This document shows positions 54,745 to 64,000 of a stretch of DNA of 64,000 nt, in pieces; position 1 is the stretch's first letter, and each line of letters starts with the position of its first letter. The translations under genes were made by a program, and so were the position numbers. Under the pieces are notes generated by a model. That model saw only the letters and a program-made list of their open reading frames with translations. It ran no database searches and was not told the origin of the DNA. The stretch is taken from sequence record OL964735.1. One strand, given 5' to 3'. The DNA is from Escherichia phage T4.

Positions 54745-55017
54745 TTATTTGTTCGTATACATCTCTAGATATCGATATACACCCTCAAAACCCTCGTTGA
54801 ATTCGTCGATGAGGGTTTTCTTATCTTCTTGAGTTAATTCAGAAACAATTTTACGGAATGAATTTTGATTTAACTTTCTACCTTCATGCGTTACTCCAAT
54901 CTCATTTAGAAATGCAATAAAATTAGCACGATTCTCAACAATATCTTCTCTGGAAAATTTAATCAAAATAGATGCAACAGTAATAATTTCACGAACTGTA
55001 TCAATGTTTTTATTCAT
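54745..55017 (-). CDS. asiA: Anti-sigma-70 factor AsiA
   Basis: 90-aa ORF beginning MNKNIDTVREIITVASILIKFSREDIVENRANFIAF... (T4 AsiA is 90 aa). Confidence 0.9.
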   Translation of the reverse strand: MNKNIDTVREIITVASILIKFSREDIVENRANFIAFLNEIGVTHEGRKLNQNSFRKIVSELTQEDKKTLIDEFNEGFEGVYRYLEMYTNK

Positions 55018-55029
55018 TAACTATACCAC

Positions 55030-55080
55030 TCAATTAGTTGACTTTGTTATAATATCATCAGACGCTTGATTTGTAAACTG
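55030..55080 (-). promoter_or_regulatory. Early promoter for asiA
   Basis: Minus strand GTTTAC, 18-nt spacer, TATTAT, about 30 nt upstream of the asiA ATG. Confidence 0.5.
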
Positions 55081-55178
55081 GTCTGTGTAATTTTCTTCAA
55101 AAATTTTTTCTACGAATTCCTTGAACGATTCACGTTCCTGAGCTACATTATGCTCGATTACCTTTTCAAGATTATGAC

Positions 55179-55457
55179 TCATTCGAAATAATCTTCAATT
55201 TCATAATCATGGACATAAATCATTATAGTTTTTAATACATCATCAATATTTTTTCCTGGAGCTGGAATTACGTAAAAATACCCTGCTTTTGAGAGGTCTT
55301 TATAAGTTCCAATCAAGAAATCATTATTCTCAAGATGTAACTCTTCAACTAATTCATTGACAATTGAATGGTATAGGTTTGGCAGAAACTTATATAGCTT
55401 TTCTAGAATATCAATTTTGAATGTATATTGAACCACGGACTGAGAATCAATAATCAT
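55179..55457 (-). CDS. arn: Arn, inhibitor of McrBC restriction
   Basis: 92-aa acidic ORF (T4 Arn is 92 aa); position next to asiA. Confidence 0.8.
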   Translation of the reverse strand: MIIDSQSVVQYTFKIDILEKLYKFLPNLYHSIVNELVEELHLENNDFLIGTYKDLSKAGYFYVIPAPGKNIDDVLKTIMIYVHDYEIEDYFE

Positions 55458-55540
55458 AGACCTTCCCCTTATGTTTCTGTTTGCGATTAGATTCTTTAAA
55501 CGCTTTCTTCTTATCCTTATGAACAGAAGCTTTATTAAAA

Positions 55541-55759
55541 TTATGCTTTGCGACTAAATTGTTCATAGTGCTGAATTACCTCTCTTAAACATTTGCATGT
55601 GAATGAAAACTTTTTAGCTACACCACATTCAAATATATGTTCTCTTAAATCGCGTGTATCGGTATATCCCATCTCAACAATAAAATGCCGTATTAGATTT
55701 TTATCTTTATCGTTTAGAGAATTAAAATAATCAGATTTTGAATTAATTTCCCTGGCCAA
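55541..55759 (-). CDS. Hypothetical protein (arn-motA interval)
   Basis: 72-aa ORF with Cys/His-containing C-terminal half. Confidence 0.45.
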   Translation of the reverse strand: MAREINSKSDYFNSLNDKDKNLIRHFIVEMGYTDTRDLREHIFECGVAKKFSFTCKCLREVIQHYEQFSRKA

Positions 55760-55938
55760 ATTGAATCACCTTCAGTTGACGTTTTAACTCTTTTATCATC
55801 TCTTCGTTCATCGCAATATAAAGATCGCGTAGAGCAGGTTTTAGCATTCCATTTACTGGAGAACTAAATGGACATACATAATCTTTTCCTACTGGATTTG
55901 ATTCATAATTCCATCAATTTGAAACTTTTTAATATTCA

Positions 55939-56397
55939 TTAGTAAAGGTCCTCAGAGTAAAGTTCTTTTTCACTACCACGTTCAATACTTACTTGTCCAG
56001 CGTAAGTTGCAATAATCATTGCTTCTTCACGTGTCCAATAATTACTATATTGGTCAATAAACCCTTGGTCATCATCACAAACTTGCTGAGTAACTAATTG
56101 AGGTTTAACTACATCTAAAACTTCTGCCATATCTTTAGAATAATGACGAGCACCTGGAATAATAAGAGTTCGTCCATCTTTTAATTTAAAACGGTTGGCT
56201 GCGCAAACAATTCGTCGTTGATACTTTTGGTTTTCATCCCAGTACGCAGTCTGCCAACAGATTTCAGGAACTTCTTTCAGAATATCTTCTTCTGTGCATT
56301 TATAACCATGCGCTTTAAATTTTTCAACAAGACTTTCTGGAGTTTCACGAGATAAAGGAACATTCAGCATTTTTAAACGATTGATAAATGGGTTCAT
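55939..56397 (-). CDS. Hypothetical protein (arn-motA interval)
   Basis: 152-aa ORF. Confidence 0.5.
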
Positions 56398-56723
56398 TTA
56401 AACCATCCTTTAATACGCTGCCACAAAGTTTTCTGTTGAGCTTTGTTGACGCCAATTGAGCGAATAACCGGTTGAGATTCCTGGAATTCTTTATAATCAG
56501 CAAGGTAAATTTCGTAAGCTGCATCCGTAAATGAACTTATCGCTGCCATAAAATTATTGCGAATACCTACTGGAGCATCTTTACTTTCACGAATAATCAT
56601 GTATTTACCAGTCTTAATCTTTACGATAGTTCCAAGATAAGCTCCATGGTACCAAATATCCCAACCCTCTTGAGTAGGTTCTGCGCAACGACGAAGTTCA
56701 TTGACAATTTCTAACTTGTTCAT
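56394..56723 (-). CDS. Hypothetical protein (arn-motA interval)
   Basis: 109-aa ORF; start overlaps the upstream stop. Confidence 0.5.
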
Positions 56724-56733
56724 TATTTATTCC

Positions 56734-57369
56734 TCACAGTTCAGATGCTACAGTGATTACAGCTTCAATGTTTTCTGCCGAGCGTTTAATGTCAAGATAC
56801 ACATTACCGTTTTTAGCGATTTTACATGACATTCCGATGTCAGTAAATTTCTGAATATGATGTTCCATCATTTTGTATCCAAAAATTCGCATATTTCCAT
56901 TGTTATTAATTTCAAAATTACGAATTCCGTTAGTGCGTTTTTCTAAAATAGCAAGATAATTACTACGATAAATTTCAACCTTTTTAAGAACAAATCCATT
57001 TTTATCTAAAAGTTTTAACATGAGGTCTTTATCTTCTTCCATATCGGAAGTAATCTCGCGAGCTTTACGAGTTGCTCGTTTTTTCAGCAGTTCCGGAGCA
57101 TTTTCCTGTGCATATAAAGTTGCTGCATTTGAAATAATATCCTGAGCTTCACCAGTAATGATTAATCCATCACCAGATTTCTCCACCAGGCCTTTTTTAA
57201 TCAATACCCCAATATTACTATTAACTACTGCGTTACCTAAATCTGGATGCACCTCACGAACTTCTGCAGCTGTAATGAAATCTTTCTTAGCAATGGTAAT
57301 TAAAATCGTAGCAGTTTTTTCATTCAGAACATCGTTAGAAGCTTTGATGATGTAAGTTACTTTAGACAT
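56734..57369 (-). CDS. motA: Middle-transcription activator MotA
   Basis: 211-aa ORF (T4 MotA is 211 aa); preceded by an early promoter. Confidence 0.9.
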   Translation of the reverse strand: MSKVTYIIKASNDVLNEKTATILITIAKKDFITAAEVREVHPDLGNAVVNSNIGVLIKKGLVEKSGDGLIITGEAQDIISNAATLYAQENAPELLKKRATRKAREITSDMEEDKDLMLKLLDKNGFVLKKVEIYRSNYLAILEKRTNGIRNFEINNNGNMRIFGYKMMEHHIQKFTDIGMSCKIAKNGNVYLDIKRSAENIEAVITVASEL

Positions 57370-57402
57370 TTTCTAATCTCCGTAATTCTGTATCAGTAGT
57401 TG

Positions 57403-57445
57403 ATAGTTGTATAGTACCACAGTATGCTTTGGTTGTAAACCGTTT
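57403..57445 (-). promoter_or_regulatory. Early promoter for motA
   Basis: Minus strand: UP-like A/T tract, GTTTAC, spacer, TACTATAC; cassette nearly identical to 40703-40770. Confidence 0.55.
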
Positions 57446-57471
57446 TGTGAAAAAATTTTTAAAATAAAAAA

Positions 57472-57491
57472 GGGAGAGCCTCGGCTCTCCC
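57472..57491 (-). terminator. Rho-independent terminator upstream of the motA promoter
   Basis: gggagagcc-tc-ggctctccc hairpin followed by a U-run on the minus strand. Confidence 0.6.
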
Positions 57492-57496
57492 TAAAA

Positions 57497-57646
57497 TTAC
57501 TGCATGACTGTGATAACTGTCATGATAACACGTTGAATTCCGAACGCAAGAAGACCTCCTGCTACGGCTGGAACAACGCCTAAACCCGCCAGTAAAATGC
57601 TACCAGATACTAATGCAGCGCTTGTAATACCAATGAATGGACTCAT
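57497..57646 (-). CDS. Small hydrophobic membrane peptide (motA.1 position)
   Basis: 49-codon ORF read by hand; ATG overlaps the gene 52 stop (ATGA); entirely hydrophobic (MSPFIGITSAALVSGSILLAGLGVVPAVAGGLLAFGIQRV...). Confidence 0.45.
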   Translation of the reverse strand: MSPFIGITSAALVSGSILLAGLGVVPAVAGGLLAFGIQRVIMTVITVMQ

Positions 57647-58971
57647 TTGATTTCCTCTAAATCTTTGGTGTATTCAGTAACTACATCAGTAGTTTTCCAA
57701 TATTCGTTTTCTTCTTTTTTAGCTTTAGCTTCTTCAGCAAGTTTCTTTGCTTCATCGGAAGTCATATGAAAAATATTCATTCCAACTAGTTTATCAACAT
57801 AAGAAGAATACATATCGATTTTCGAAAGTTCTTCGGTCAGTTCTTTACGAGTTTTACCCTGTACAACAATTTCACCTGAAATTACTTTCTTAATGAAATG
57901 TGCTTTGGCAAAGGCTAAACGAAAAGCTGACTCAGTTTCTTTAATTTTGTTATCAATTCGTTTTTGGACATAAGTTTTACGAACTTCAACAAAGTCTTTA
58001 ATTAAATCAACTACGTTATCGTAAACTTGCAGCTTTCCTTTCTCATTAATAACCGTAATATTCTGGGAACGACGCTCAATCAGTCCGAAGTCTTTCATAA
58101 TTTTTGCATGGCGTTCTTCTTCGTTATCGCTCAAAGAATATTCTTTGCGGAATTTAACTTTGAAGCCAAAACCATGCTCACCACAAGCATCATCCCATGT
58201 AATGAAGCCTTTATCTTCAAGTGGGTCTAAGATTTTACTCACATAAGTTTCACGATCATACTTATACGGAATCTCAGTGATATGCATTTGAGTTCGTGAA
58301 GTAAACTTATATGTTCCACGAATTTCATATTGCCCATCAATTTCAACGACTTCACCACGAAATTCTGGGAATTCTACTTTCGGTTTAGTTACTTTCTTTC
58401 CTTGAAGAGCTTGCAGTACAGCTTTCTTGACAGAAGAAACACTATGAGGAAGAATGTAAGTTGCATAACCAGTTGCAATACCGGAAACGCCATTAAGAAG
58501 AACAGTAGGAATAATAGGCAAATAGAAAGCAGGCGGAATGTGTTCTTTATCTTGATGTACCGGAGCATATTCAGTATCTTTATATACGTTATAGAAATTT
58601 TTACTTACACGAGCAAAAATATAACGACTTGCCGCTGCCTTTTGGACAGTACGAGAACCAAAGTTTCCTTGACCATCTAACAGAGGAAAGTTATTATTCC
58701 AAGTATTAGCCATCAAAGCACCTGCGTCTTGTGCAGAGTTTTCACCATGATGATATCCAAGGTCCGCTACACCACCTGCAATAGAAGCGAGTTTGTGAAA
58801 CTTATCTTTATTTCCTCGTGCCAAATCAAGAGCTCGAGCAATAACAAATCGTTGAACTGGCTTAAATCCATCAATCATATTTGGGATAGCACGATTTTCA
58901 ACCGTGTACATAGCATAAGCCAATGCTTCATTATCAATGATACTTTTTAAATCGCGATTATTCAGTTGCAT
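57643..58971 (-). CDS. 52: DNA topoisomerase II medium subunit gp52 (GyrA-like)
   Basis: 442-aa ORF (T4 gp52 is 442 aa); GyrA-like N-terminal region with candidate active-site Tyr (AASRYIF). Confidence 0.95.
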   Translation of the reverse strand: MQLNNRDLKSIIDNEALAYAMYTVENRAIPNMIDGFKPVQRFVIARALDLARGNKDKFHKLASIAGGVADLGYHHGENSAQDAGALMANTWNNNFPLLDGQGNFGSRTVQKAAASRYIFARVSKNFYNVYKDTEYAPVHQDKEHIPPAFYLPIIPTVLLNGVSGIATGYATYILPHSVSSVKKAVLQALQGKKVTKPKVEFPEFRGEVVEIDGQYEIRGTYKFTSRTQMHITEIPYKYDRETYVSKILDPLEDKGFITWDDACGEHGFGFKVKFRKEYSLSDNEEERHAKIMKDFGLIERRSQNITVINEKGKLQVYDNVVDLIKDFVEVRKTYVQKRIDNKIKETESAFRLAFAKAHFIKKVISGEIVVQGKTRKELTEELSKIDMYSSYVDKLVGMNIFHMTSDEAKKLAEEAKAKKEENEYWKTTDVVTEYTKDLEEIK

Positions 58972-59008
58972 AAATTTACCATACTAGTGAATGTAGTGCC
59001 ATAATAAC

Positions 59009-59116
59009 ATCAGAAATGAAAAGCACGACTTGAATTAATCCGAACATTACTCCGTAATATAGTGCTACCAATAAAGCAGCAAGGGCTAATGAATAGCCCA
59101 AGATTTTCTTAATCAT
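59009..59116 (-). CDS. Small hydrophobic peptide (52.1 position)
   Basis: 35-codon ORF read by hand; start overlaps the ac stop; coordinates +/-1. Confidence 0.3.
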
Positions 59117-59264
59117 TAGATAACAACACAAATGTTAAATATGCACACATACCCTGGGCTAAAGCTTGTGAAAACACACTGCTAGCATCGATACAGATAG
59201 TTAAAACACATGCTACTATCCAACAAATAAATGAAATAACTCCTAATAATTTTGCAATATTCAT
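59109..59264 (-). CDS. ac: Ac (acridine sensitivity) small membrane protein
   Basis: 51-codon ORF read by hand (MNIAKLLGVISFICWIVACVLTICIDASS...); GAGGAAAAT RBS; T4 Ac is 51 aa; coordinates +/-1. Confidence 0.5.
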   Translation of the reverse strand: MNIAKLLGVISFICWIVACVLTICIDASSVFSQALAQGMCAYLTFVLLSND

Positions 59265-59271
59265 ATTTTCC

Positions 59272-59352
59272 TCACTGGCGTCCGAAGACGCCTTTAGTTT
59301 TAAGATTGTTACGATAGAACTGCATCACGTGTTCGTTATGGAAATTACTCAT
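59272..59352 (-). CDS. stp: Stp peptide (suppressor of pseT/rnlA requirement; activator of host PrrC anticodon nuclease)
   Basis: 26-codon [29 protein letters not shown]; ATG overlaps the ndd stop (TAATG). Confidence 0.65.
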
Positions 59353-59807
59353 TAATATGCCTGTAAAACAAATTTAAAGTTATCAGCCAACATACGGTTC
59401 ATTTCTTCGAGTGTTTGATACTCAGAATGATGATTACGAGTAAACGCCAAAGCTAGCTGACCTTTTCCAAATCCCGTCGTTAGAGGTTTCATCTTAGAAG
59501 CAGGCAGATAAAACACTGTGTATGGAACATTGTTATTTGCAATAGTACGCGCAAGTTGAGACCGGCGTTGACGAATATGACTTAAAACCGCACTGAATCC
59601 TTGCTTAGAACGCTGATTACCTACATAAAATCGTGCAGATACGCATGGATTACTAAATGGACCACCGAGTTTACTCACTAAAAAGTAAAATCCAGGTTTA
59701 GATAAAATATCTTTATGCGGAGTTCCTAAAAACCATTCACCACCCTTGATTGTACCAATAACAGTAGCGCCTGCATCATTCAGATCAGTAACAGTCATAT
59801 ATTTCAT
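59352..59807 (-). CDS. ndd: Ndd nucleoid disruption protein
   Basis: ORF is 167 aa from an upstream GTG; start set at MKYMTVTDL to give 151 aa (T4 Ndd). Confidence 0.8.
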
Positions 59808-59867
59808 ATTAATTTCCTCTAAATTATTTTCTACTCCAAGGCCGCATGAATACACACGGCCATTAAA

Positions 59868-60083
59868 TTACTCGTCGCAGTCGACGCTCAATTCCCAAAA
59901 CTCTTCTACAGTATAAGTTTCAGTATCATTTTCAATACAGAAACGTTCATTACTATTATTTGCTAAAGTAGCATTAACTGTCATTTTTTCGCTAGTGCTC
60001 TTAAGAGGTGAAATACGAATTAACTGATCACCGTTATCTAAACAAAAAATTTCACCAACTTTTACATCTTTAAAACTTTTCAT
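59868..60083 (-). CDS. Hypothetical protein (ndd.1 position)
   Basis: 71-aa ORF. Confidence 0.45.
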   Translation of the reverse strand: MKSFKDVKVGEIFCLDNGDQLIRISPLKSTSEKMTVNATLANNSNERFCIENDTETYTVEEFWELSVDCDE

Positions 60084-60198
60084 AATTCACCTCAAGGAGT
60101 ATAAAATCCAAATGCAGTTGTTGACCATCCCATCCAATATGGAAAATTTACACCAATGTAAAACATAAGAATATAAAACCAACCGCTCAGCAAATTCA

Positions 60199-60417
60199 TC
60201 ATTTTACACCATTCCAAATTGTTTCAACCACGGATTTTAAACCATTTTGATGAATATCCATTCCTACTACCGCCATCAAATAAATTCCAACTACAACTGA
60301 ACCTAAGGCAAAAATCAGCATGAAAATGAATAAAGCCGGAAAAATATTATCGAAAAACCATTCAATAAATGTAAAAGCACTGCGTTTACGCTTCATATTT
60401 TCCTCACATAAATCCAA
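60199..60417 (-). CDS. Small membrane protein (ndd.x)
   Basis: 72-aa ORF with two predicted TM helices. Confidence 0.45.
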   Translation of the reverse strand: MDLCEENMKRKRSAFTFIEWFFDNIFPALFIFMLIFALGSVVVGIYLMAVVGMDIHQNGLKSVVETIWNGVK

Positions 60418-60652
60418 AGTAAACGTTTAATACATCAATCATTAAAACGATTGGGAATATACTCAAAACTATTAGTATTATAACTACATTCCATATAGCT
60501 TTAATAATCTTTTTCATTTTCTGTTCCTCCATAGTTGATAGGGTAATAGTACCACGGAAGAACAGTCTTGTAAACAACTTTTTTAAAAATATTCGTAATA
60601 AATGTGAATACCAACTACTACCGCTGAAACCTGTGCAACCCACCACGCACAA
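60404..60652 (-). CDS. Small membrane protein (ndd.x)
   Basis: 82-aa ORF with a C-terminal TM helix (VVIILIVLSIFPIVLMI). Confidence 0.4.
   Translation of the reverse strand: MCVVGCTGFSGSSWYSHLLRIFLKKLFTRLFFRGTITLSTMEEQKMKKIIKAIWNVVIILIVLSIFPIVLMIDVLNVYFGFM
60535..60580 (-). promoter_or_regulatory. T4 early-type promoter
   Basis: gatagggtaatagtaccac -10 region and GTTTAC -35 on the minus strand. Confidence 0.45.
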
Positions 60653-60807
60653 GCAATAAGTACAGAATTCAAAATTTTCATAATAACCTCATTACAAAAG
60701 TAAATGTTAAACAAATTACTGGAATACTAATTAACCAAACAAAACACCACCATAATGAACTCATAGTTCAATCTCAGCGATTTTCATTTTATTCTCCAAA
60801 TCCGTAT

Positions 60808-60855
60808 CAGTTGATAGTTGTATAGTACCACGGTCCTTGTGGTATGTAAACTGTT
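60808..60855 (-). promoter_or_regulatory. T4 early-type promoter downstream of denB
   Basis: GTTTAC and TACTATAC elements on the minus strand (gatagttgtatagtaccac cassette). Confidence 0.45.
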
Positions 60856-60867
60856 TTGTGAAATTTT

Positions 60868-61425
60868 TTAAATGGAAAGATACCATCCGTTGTAGTTGCT
60901 TTTTCTTACAACTTTACGAAGGTCTTCTCTGTCACCGATGAACTTCGGAGTGTACTGGATGACACCTGGATGAATTTCTTTAGTGTTGAATATAATTATA
61001 CAGTCAGCGACTTGATGATTTAGAATGGGCCCTAGATTTATTCCAGAACCATATGGATACTCTCCGCTGCATCCCGTTGTTACCGAAATCCAACGTGAGT
61101 CAGTTTGATGTGTCTTAACTTCTACACGAAGCCCGCAGTATTTTGGATGAGCCAATACATCCCATGCATATGTGTACGGATCATCGACATCCTCTTGGCC
61201 TTTATTGACATATCCACTCAACCAATCTGCCACAAAAAACTCTGCGTACACAGCGATACGGCATCTTTCGATAACTTCTGCCTTATCTTGATTTGGGTTT
61301 TGTTTTAAAGAGTATCTTGCAGTATCAGCAATTTTGACCTTCATTTCACAGGTCAAGTCACTGTTCGATAGGGTAAATGTCGGAATCTGAAATAGTCTCT
61401 GTAACCCAGGATTCGTTTTCTGCAT
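60868..61425 (-). CDS. denB: Endonuclease IV
   Basis: 185-aa ORF (T4 DenB is 185 aa); position between the ndd cluster and rII. Confidence 0.7.
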   Translation of the reverse strand: MQKTNPGLQRLFQIPTFTLSNSDLTCEMKVKIADTARYSLKQNPNQDKAEVIERCRIAVYAEFFVADWLSGYVNKGQEDVDDPYTYAWDVLAHPKYCGLRVEVKTHQTDSRWISVTTGCSGEYPYGSGINLGPILNHQVADCIIIFNTKEIHPGVIQYTPKFIGDREDLRKVVRKSNYNGWYLSI

Positions 61426-61490
61426 TTAAACTTTCCTTTATGTCGGAATCACCGATATTCATATAAATCATAATTTCTCTTAAAACAAAA

Positions 61491-61502
61491 GGGCCGAAGC
61501 CC
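61491..61502 (-). terminator. Hairpin between the 64-aa ORF and denB
   Basis: gggc-cgaa-gccc stem-loop followed by a T-run. Confidence 0.45.
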
Positions 61503-61508
61503 TTTATT

Positions 61509-61703
61509 TTACTTGAATTGTGCAATTCTTTTCTCTAGACATTCAGCATAAGATTTCATTGAGATGAACTGCGAAAGTAGCAGTTCTTGCTCAACTGCGC
61601 TAACTGTTAGAAACTTTGCGCTTTCTAAAAATTTGCTCAGTGCATTAATTTTGAGCATTAATTGATCGTATTCTTCTTTTACTCGTGCTTGATAACCTAA
61701 CAT
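61509..61703 (-). CDS. Hypothetical small protein immediately downstream of rII
   Basis: 64-aa ORF with strong RBS (TAAGGAAAATT-ATG); predicted helical. Confidence 0.5.
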   Translation of the reverse strand: MLGYQARVKEEYDQLMLKINALSKFLESAKFLTVSAVEQELLLSQFISMKSYAECLEKRIAQFK

Positions 61704-61717
61704 AATTTTCCTTAGTT

Positions 61718-61733
61718 AAGGGCCGAAGCCCTT
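61718..61733 (-). terminator. Hairpin overlapping the rII ORF stop codon
   Basis: aagggc-cgaa-gccctt stem-loop containing the stop codon. Confidence 0.4.
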
Positions 61734-63990
61734 ATTTAAATTGTTCAGTAACGTCTTCAACTACTTCATATTGGCAGGTACGCATTTTAGCATCGTTGTA
61801 ATCAATCGGAATTGATACTACATCGCGAGGATGAACTTTAACTTTTACAACTCGGCTGGTTGAACTACCAAAGTGACGAATATAAGATTTAGAACACACA
61901 TGCAAACCACGAGAACAAGTTTGTGTATCATCGTCATTCACACGAGTACGTGGCATTTTAACTACTTTACCCGGACTGTTATCAAAGGTGTTTGAGTGAC
62001 AGTCAAAGTAATTGCTGCGAACTACTTTCCAAGCATAGAAGTAACCATCTTCTGTAATTTCAATATCGTTTGCTACCAAGAAATCAAAGAGTCGAGATAC
62101 CGCTTTTTGGCTTGGGTTTTCCAACAGATTTTCCAAGAACGGAAAATAAAATTCAAAGTTTTCGCCTTTTTCCATCGAGTCAAGAATACGATCAACCAAA
62201 CCAGACCGCAATTCAATATTTTGATAGAACAAGCTTCCACCTTCAATTCGAACATCGCCGGAAATATATTTTTCAACAGCACGACGAACATTAATTTTTT
62301 GTGCCGCTTCTTCCAACTTATCCGCTACAAGCAGATTAAGAATTTCCTGGAAGTTTGAATGAGTATTAGGAGTTGCGTTATAAGTTACGCCATCAACAGT
62401 AATTGAAATGAATTTTTTAGATGCATTCCAAATAATGTCAGATTTAGCAACTGGAGCAATAACTGCATCGCTATTAACTTTAACTGTAATATCACCGCTA
62501 ATAGTAACTTTAGGACGAGGAGCTTTACTTTTAACTACCTTTGGAATATAACTTTTTACTAAAGCTTCAATTTCTGACAAATAATGAATGTTAACTTCAT
62601 CACTTTCAAACATCGCCATAATATCAGGAAGCAAATCAATCTGCGATTCTACTTCTGGATTAATAAACAGAAGACGTTCGTTATGATGAATATTCAAAGT
62701 GTTATTAAATTCACTATCATCTAACGCACGTGCTAATCCACGGACAATATTAACACGATTTTTAATATTATCAATAACGATATTAATTTTTGTTGTATTA
62801 ATACCAAACAGACGATAACTTGATGCAACGGCTGAAGTTTCATGACTTTGCTTAATGCGCTTCAGTCGAGGGTCAAGATTTACTTCATACACAACTCCCG
62901 CGTTGCATAACTTACTGTCAGGTTCAAACATGCTCTGCATCTTTTTATATGACAGATTTTTAGTCGTGAATTTGACTGAATTACTAATCATATAATCTCG
63001 AGCAGAATACCCCATCTTCATCAATTCACGATATGTGTGACGAGGAGATGTAGATTCTTTAAATCGTTTTACATCTTCATTAAATGCTTTCTCACTGAGT
63101 TCTTTAACTCGTTCAATAATATTTTTACGAGTGCGATCATCCAGTGAAAGAGCCTCGCGAGATGGAGCAATATCAAGTGAACCCATTGGAAACTTAATGT
63201 AATTCACTTCATTGCGAATGCTTAGCCAGTTACGGTCTCTAATAACACCATCGATAGGATAAACAATACCACCGTAGATAGCATATAATCCACCACGATC
63301 AGGCCAGTATCTTTCTGGATTTACACCGTAATAGTCATCAAAATCCGGAAAATAATCAATTTCGCGGTCAAGACCATTAATGATAGCCAAATCTTTGAAC
63401 GGTCGCATGATATAAGAAACTTCATAAGCAAAGTTTCTAAAGTCTTTTTCTTCAACTGGAACTACGATTTCAATACCAGTTTTATCATCTGGACCCATTT
63501 CTTTTACGAATGTAGGTTTAATCTGTGGACCATCACCATCCATGTAAGCTACATAACCACGAATTTCACCTTTATGATACGAAGTAATACTAAACGTATC
63601 AGTATAACTAAACGGAGATTTAGAACCTAAACCAAATCCGCCAATAAAGTCATTAGATTCAGCTTTAGATGAACTGAAGTATGAATTATACAACCCAGGA
63701 GAATTATCATCACCTTGAATATCAAAATCACTCATACCCGGACCAAAATCTCGACAAACAAATCGTGGGTCTAAACGTCCAGGAACTTGTATGATAAATT
63801 TTTCAGGATTTCCATTAAGTGCATGAGCATCAATCATGTTAGTAATCAATTCACGGACTACTGCGCGAATCTTGTTTGTATACAAATCAGATGACAGAAT
63901 TTTAAATACTTTAGGAGATGCTGTGATGCTAAATGCTTTTGATTTAGAACCATTACCAAGAATTGTTTCTTTTTCAGTGGTGATAATCAT
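61732..63990 (-). CDS. rIIA: rII protein: rIIA-like N-terminal GHKL ATPase region in a single 752-aa ORF; probable rIIA-rIIB in-frame fusion
   Basis: 752-aa ORF with GAGGAAATT RBS; GHKL motifs N-box [10 protein letters not shown]1 DFGPG, G2 GGFGLGSKS; lies where T4 has rIIB then rIIA upstream of denB; no separate rIIB-sized ORF. Confidence 0.6.
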   Translation of the reverse strand: MIITTEKETILGNGSKSKAFSITASPKVFKILSSDLYTNKIRAVVRELITNMIDAHALNGNPEKFIIQVPGRLDPRFVCRDFGPGMSDFDIQGDDNSPGLYNSYFSSSKAESNDFIGGFGLGSKSPFSYTDTFSITSYHKGEIRGYVAYMDGDGPQIKPTFVKEMGPDDKTGIEIVVPVEEKDFRNFAYEVSYIMRPFKDLAIINGLDREIDYFPDFDDYYGVNPERYWPDRGGLYAIYGGIVYPIDGVIRDRNWLSIRNEVNYIKFPMGSLDIAPSREALSLDDRTRKNIIERVKELSEKAFNEDVKRFKESTSPRHTYRELMKMGYSARDYMISNSVKFTTKNLSYKKMQSMFEPDSKLCNAGVVYEVNLDPRLKRIKQSHETSAVASSYRLFGINTTKINIVIDNIKNRVNIVRGLARALDDSEFNNTLNIHHNERLLFINPEVESQIDLLPDIMAMFESDEVNIHYLSEIEALVKSYIPKVVKSKAPRPKVTISGDITVKVNSDAVIAPVAKSDIIWNASKKFISITVDGVTYNATPNTHSNFQEILNLLVADKLEEAAQKINVRRAVEKYISGDVRIEGGSLFYQNIELRSGLVDRILDSMEKGENFEFYFPFLENLLENPSQKAVSRLFDFLVANDIEITEDGYFYAWKVVRSNYFDCHSNTFDNSPGKVVKMPRTRVNDDDTQTCSRGLHVCSKSYIRHFGSSTSRVVKVKVHPRDVVSIPIDYNDAKMRTCQYEVVEDVTEQFK

Positions 63991-64000
63991 AATTTCCTCA

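Noticed and set aside
55038-55056. Plus-strand TTGACT and TATAAT hexamers resembling a sigma-70 promoter
   Set aside because: The spacer is only 4 nt, so it cannot be a plus-strand promoter; the TATAAT is instead the -10 of the minus-strand asiA early promoter.

Overview
This 64-kb window is a contiguous stretch of a T4-type (T-even) Escherichia phage genome, collinear gene-for-gene with bacteriophage T4 from the 3' end of gene 23 to the rII locus. Gene identifications rest on six-frame ORF lengths matching remembered T4 protein lengths, on motifs read directly in the translations, and on gene order; no database search was run. The order is: 23 (3' end), segD, 24, rnlB, hoc, inh, segE, uvsW, uvsY, baseplate/tail-tube genes 25-26-51-27-28-29-48-54, alt with upstream alt-like fragments, DNA ligase 30, the 30.x block, rIII, 31, cd, pseT, spanins pseT.2/pseT.3, alc, rnlA, denA, nrdB (598-nt group I intron with a truncated I-TevIII ORF), mobE, nrdA, td (1016-nt group I intron encoding I-TevI), frd, 32, segG, 59, 33, dsbA, rnh, tail-fibre genes 34-35-36-37, 38, holin t, asiA, arn, motA, 52, ac, stp, ndd, denB and rII. 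Transcription signals are T4-like: TATAAATA late promoters, GTTTAC-type early promoters, a MotA-box middle promoter and many GC hairpin terminators. No tRNA, rRNA or CRISPR was found. The main anomaly is at the rII locus: a single 752-codon ORF with an rIIA-like GHKL ATPase N-terminus sits where T4 has rIIA (725 aa) followed by rIIB (312 aa), and no rIIB-sized ORF is present, which suggests an in-frame rIIA-rIIB deletion fusion of the classical r1589 type. Other points worth a look are a NADAR-like ORF (30.3) in a phage that encodes ADP-ribosyltransferases, frameshifted alt N-terminal paralog fragments, and families of near-identical early-promoter cassettes.
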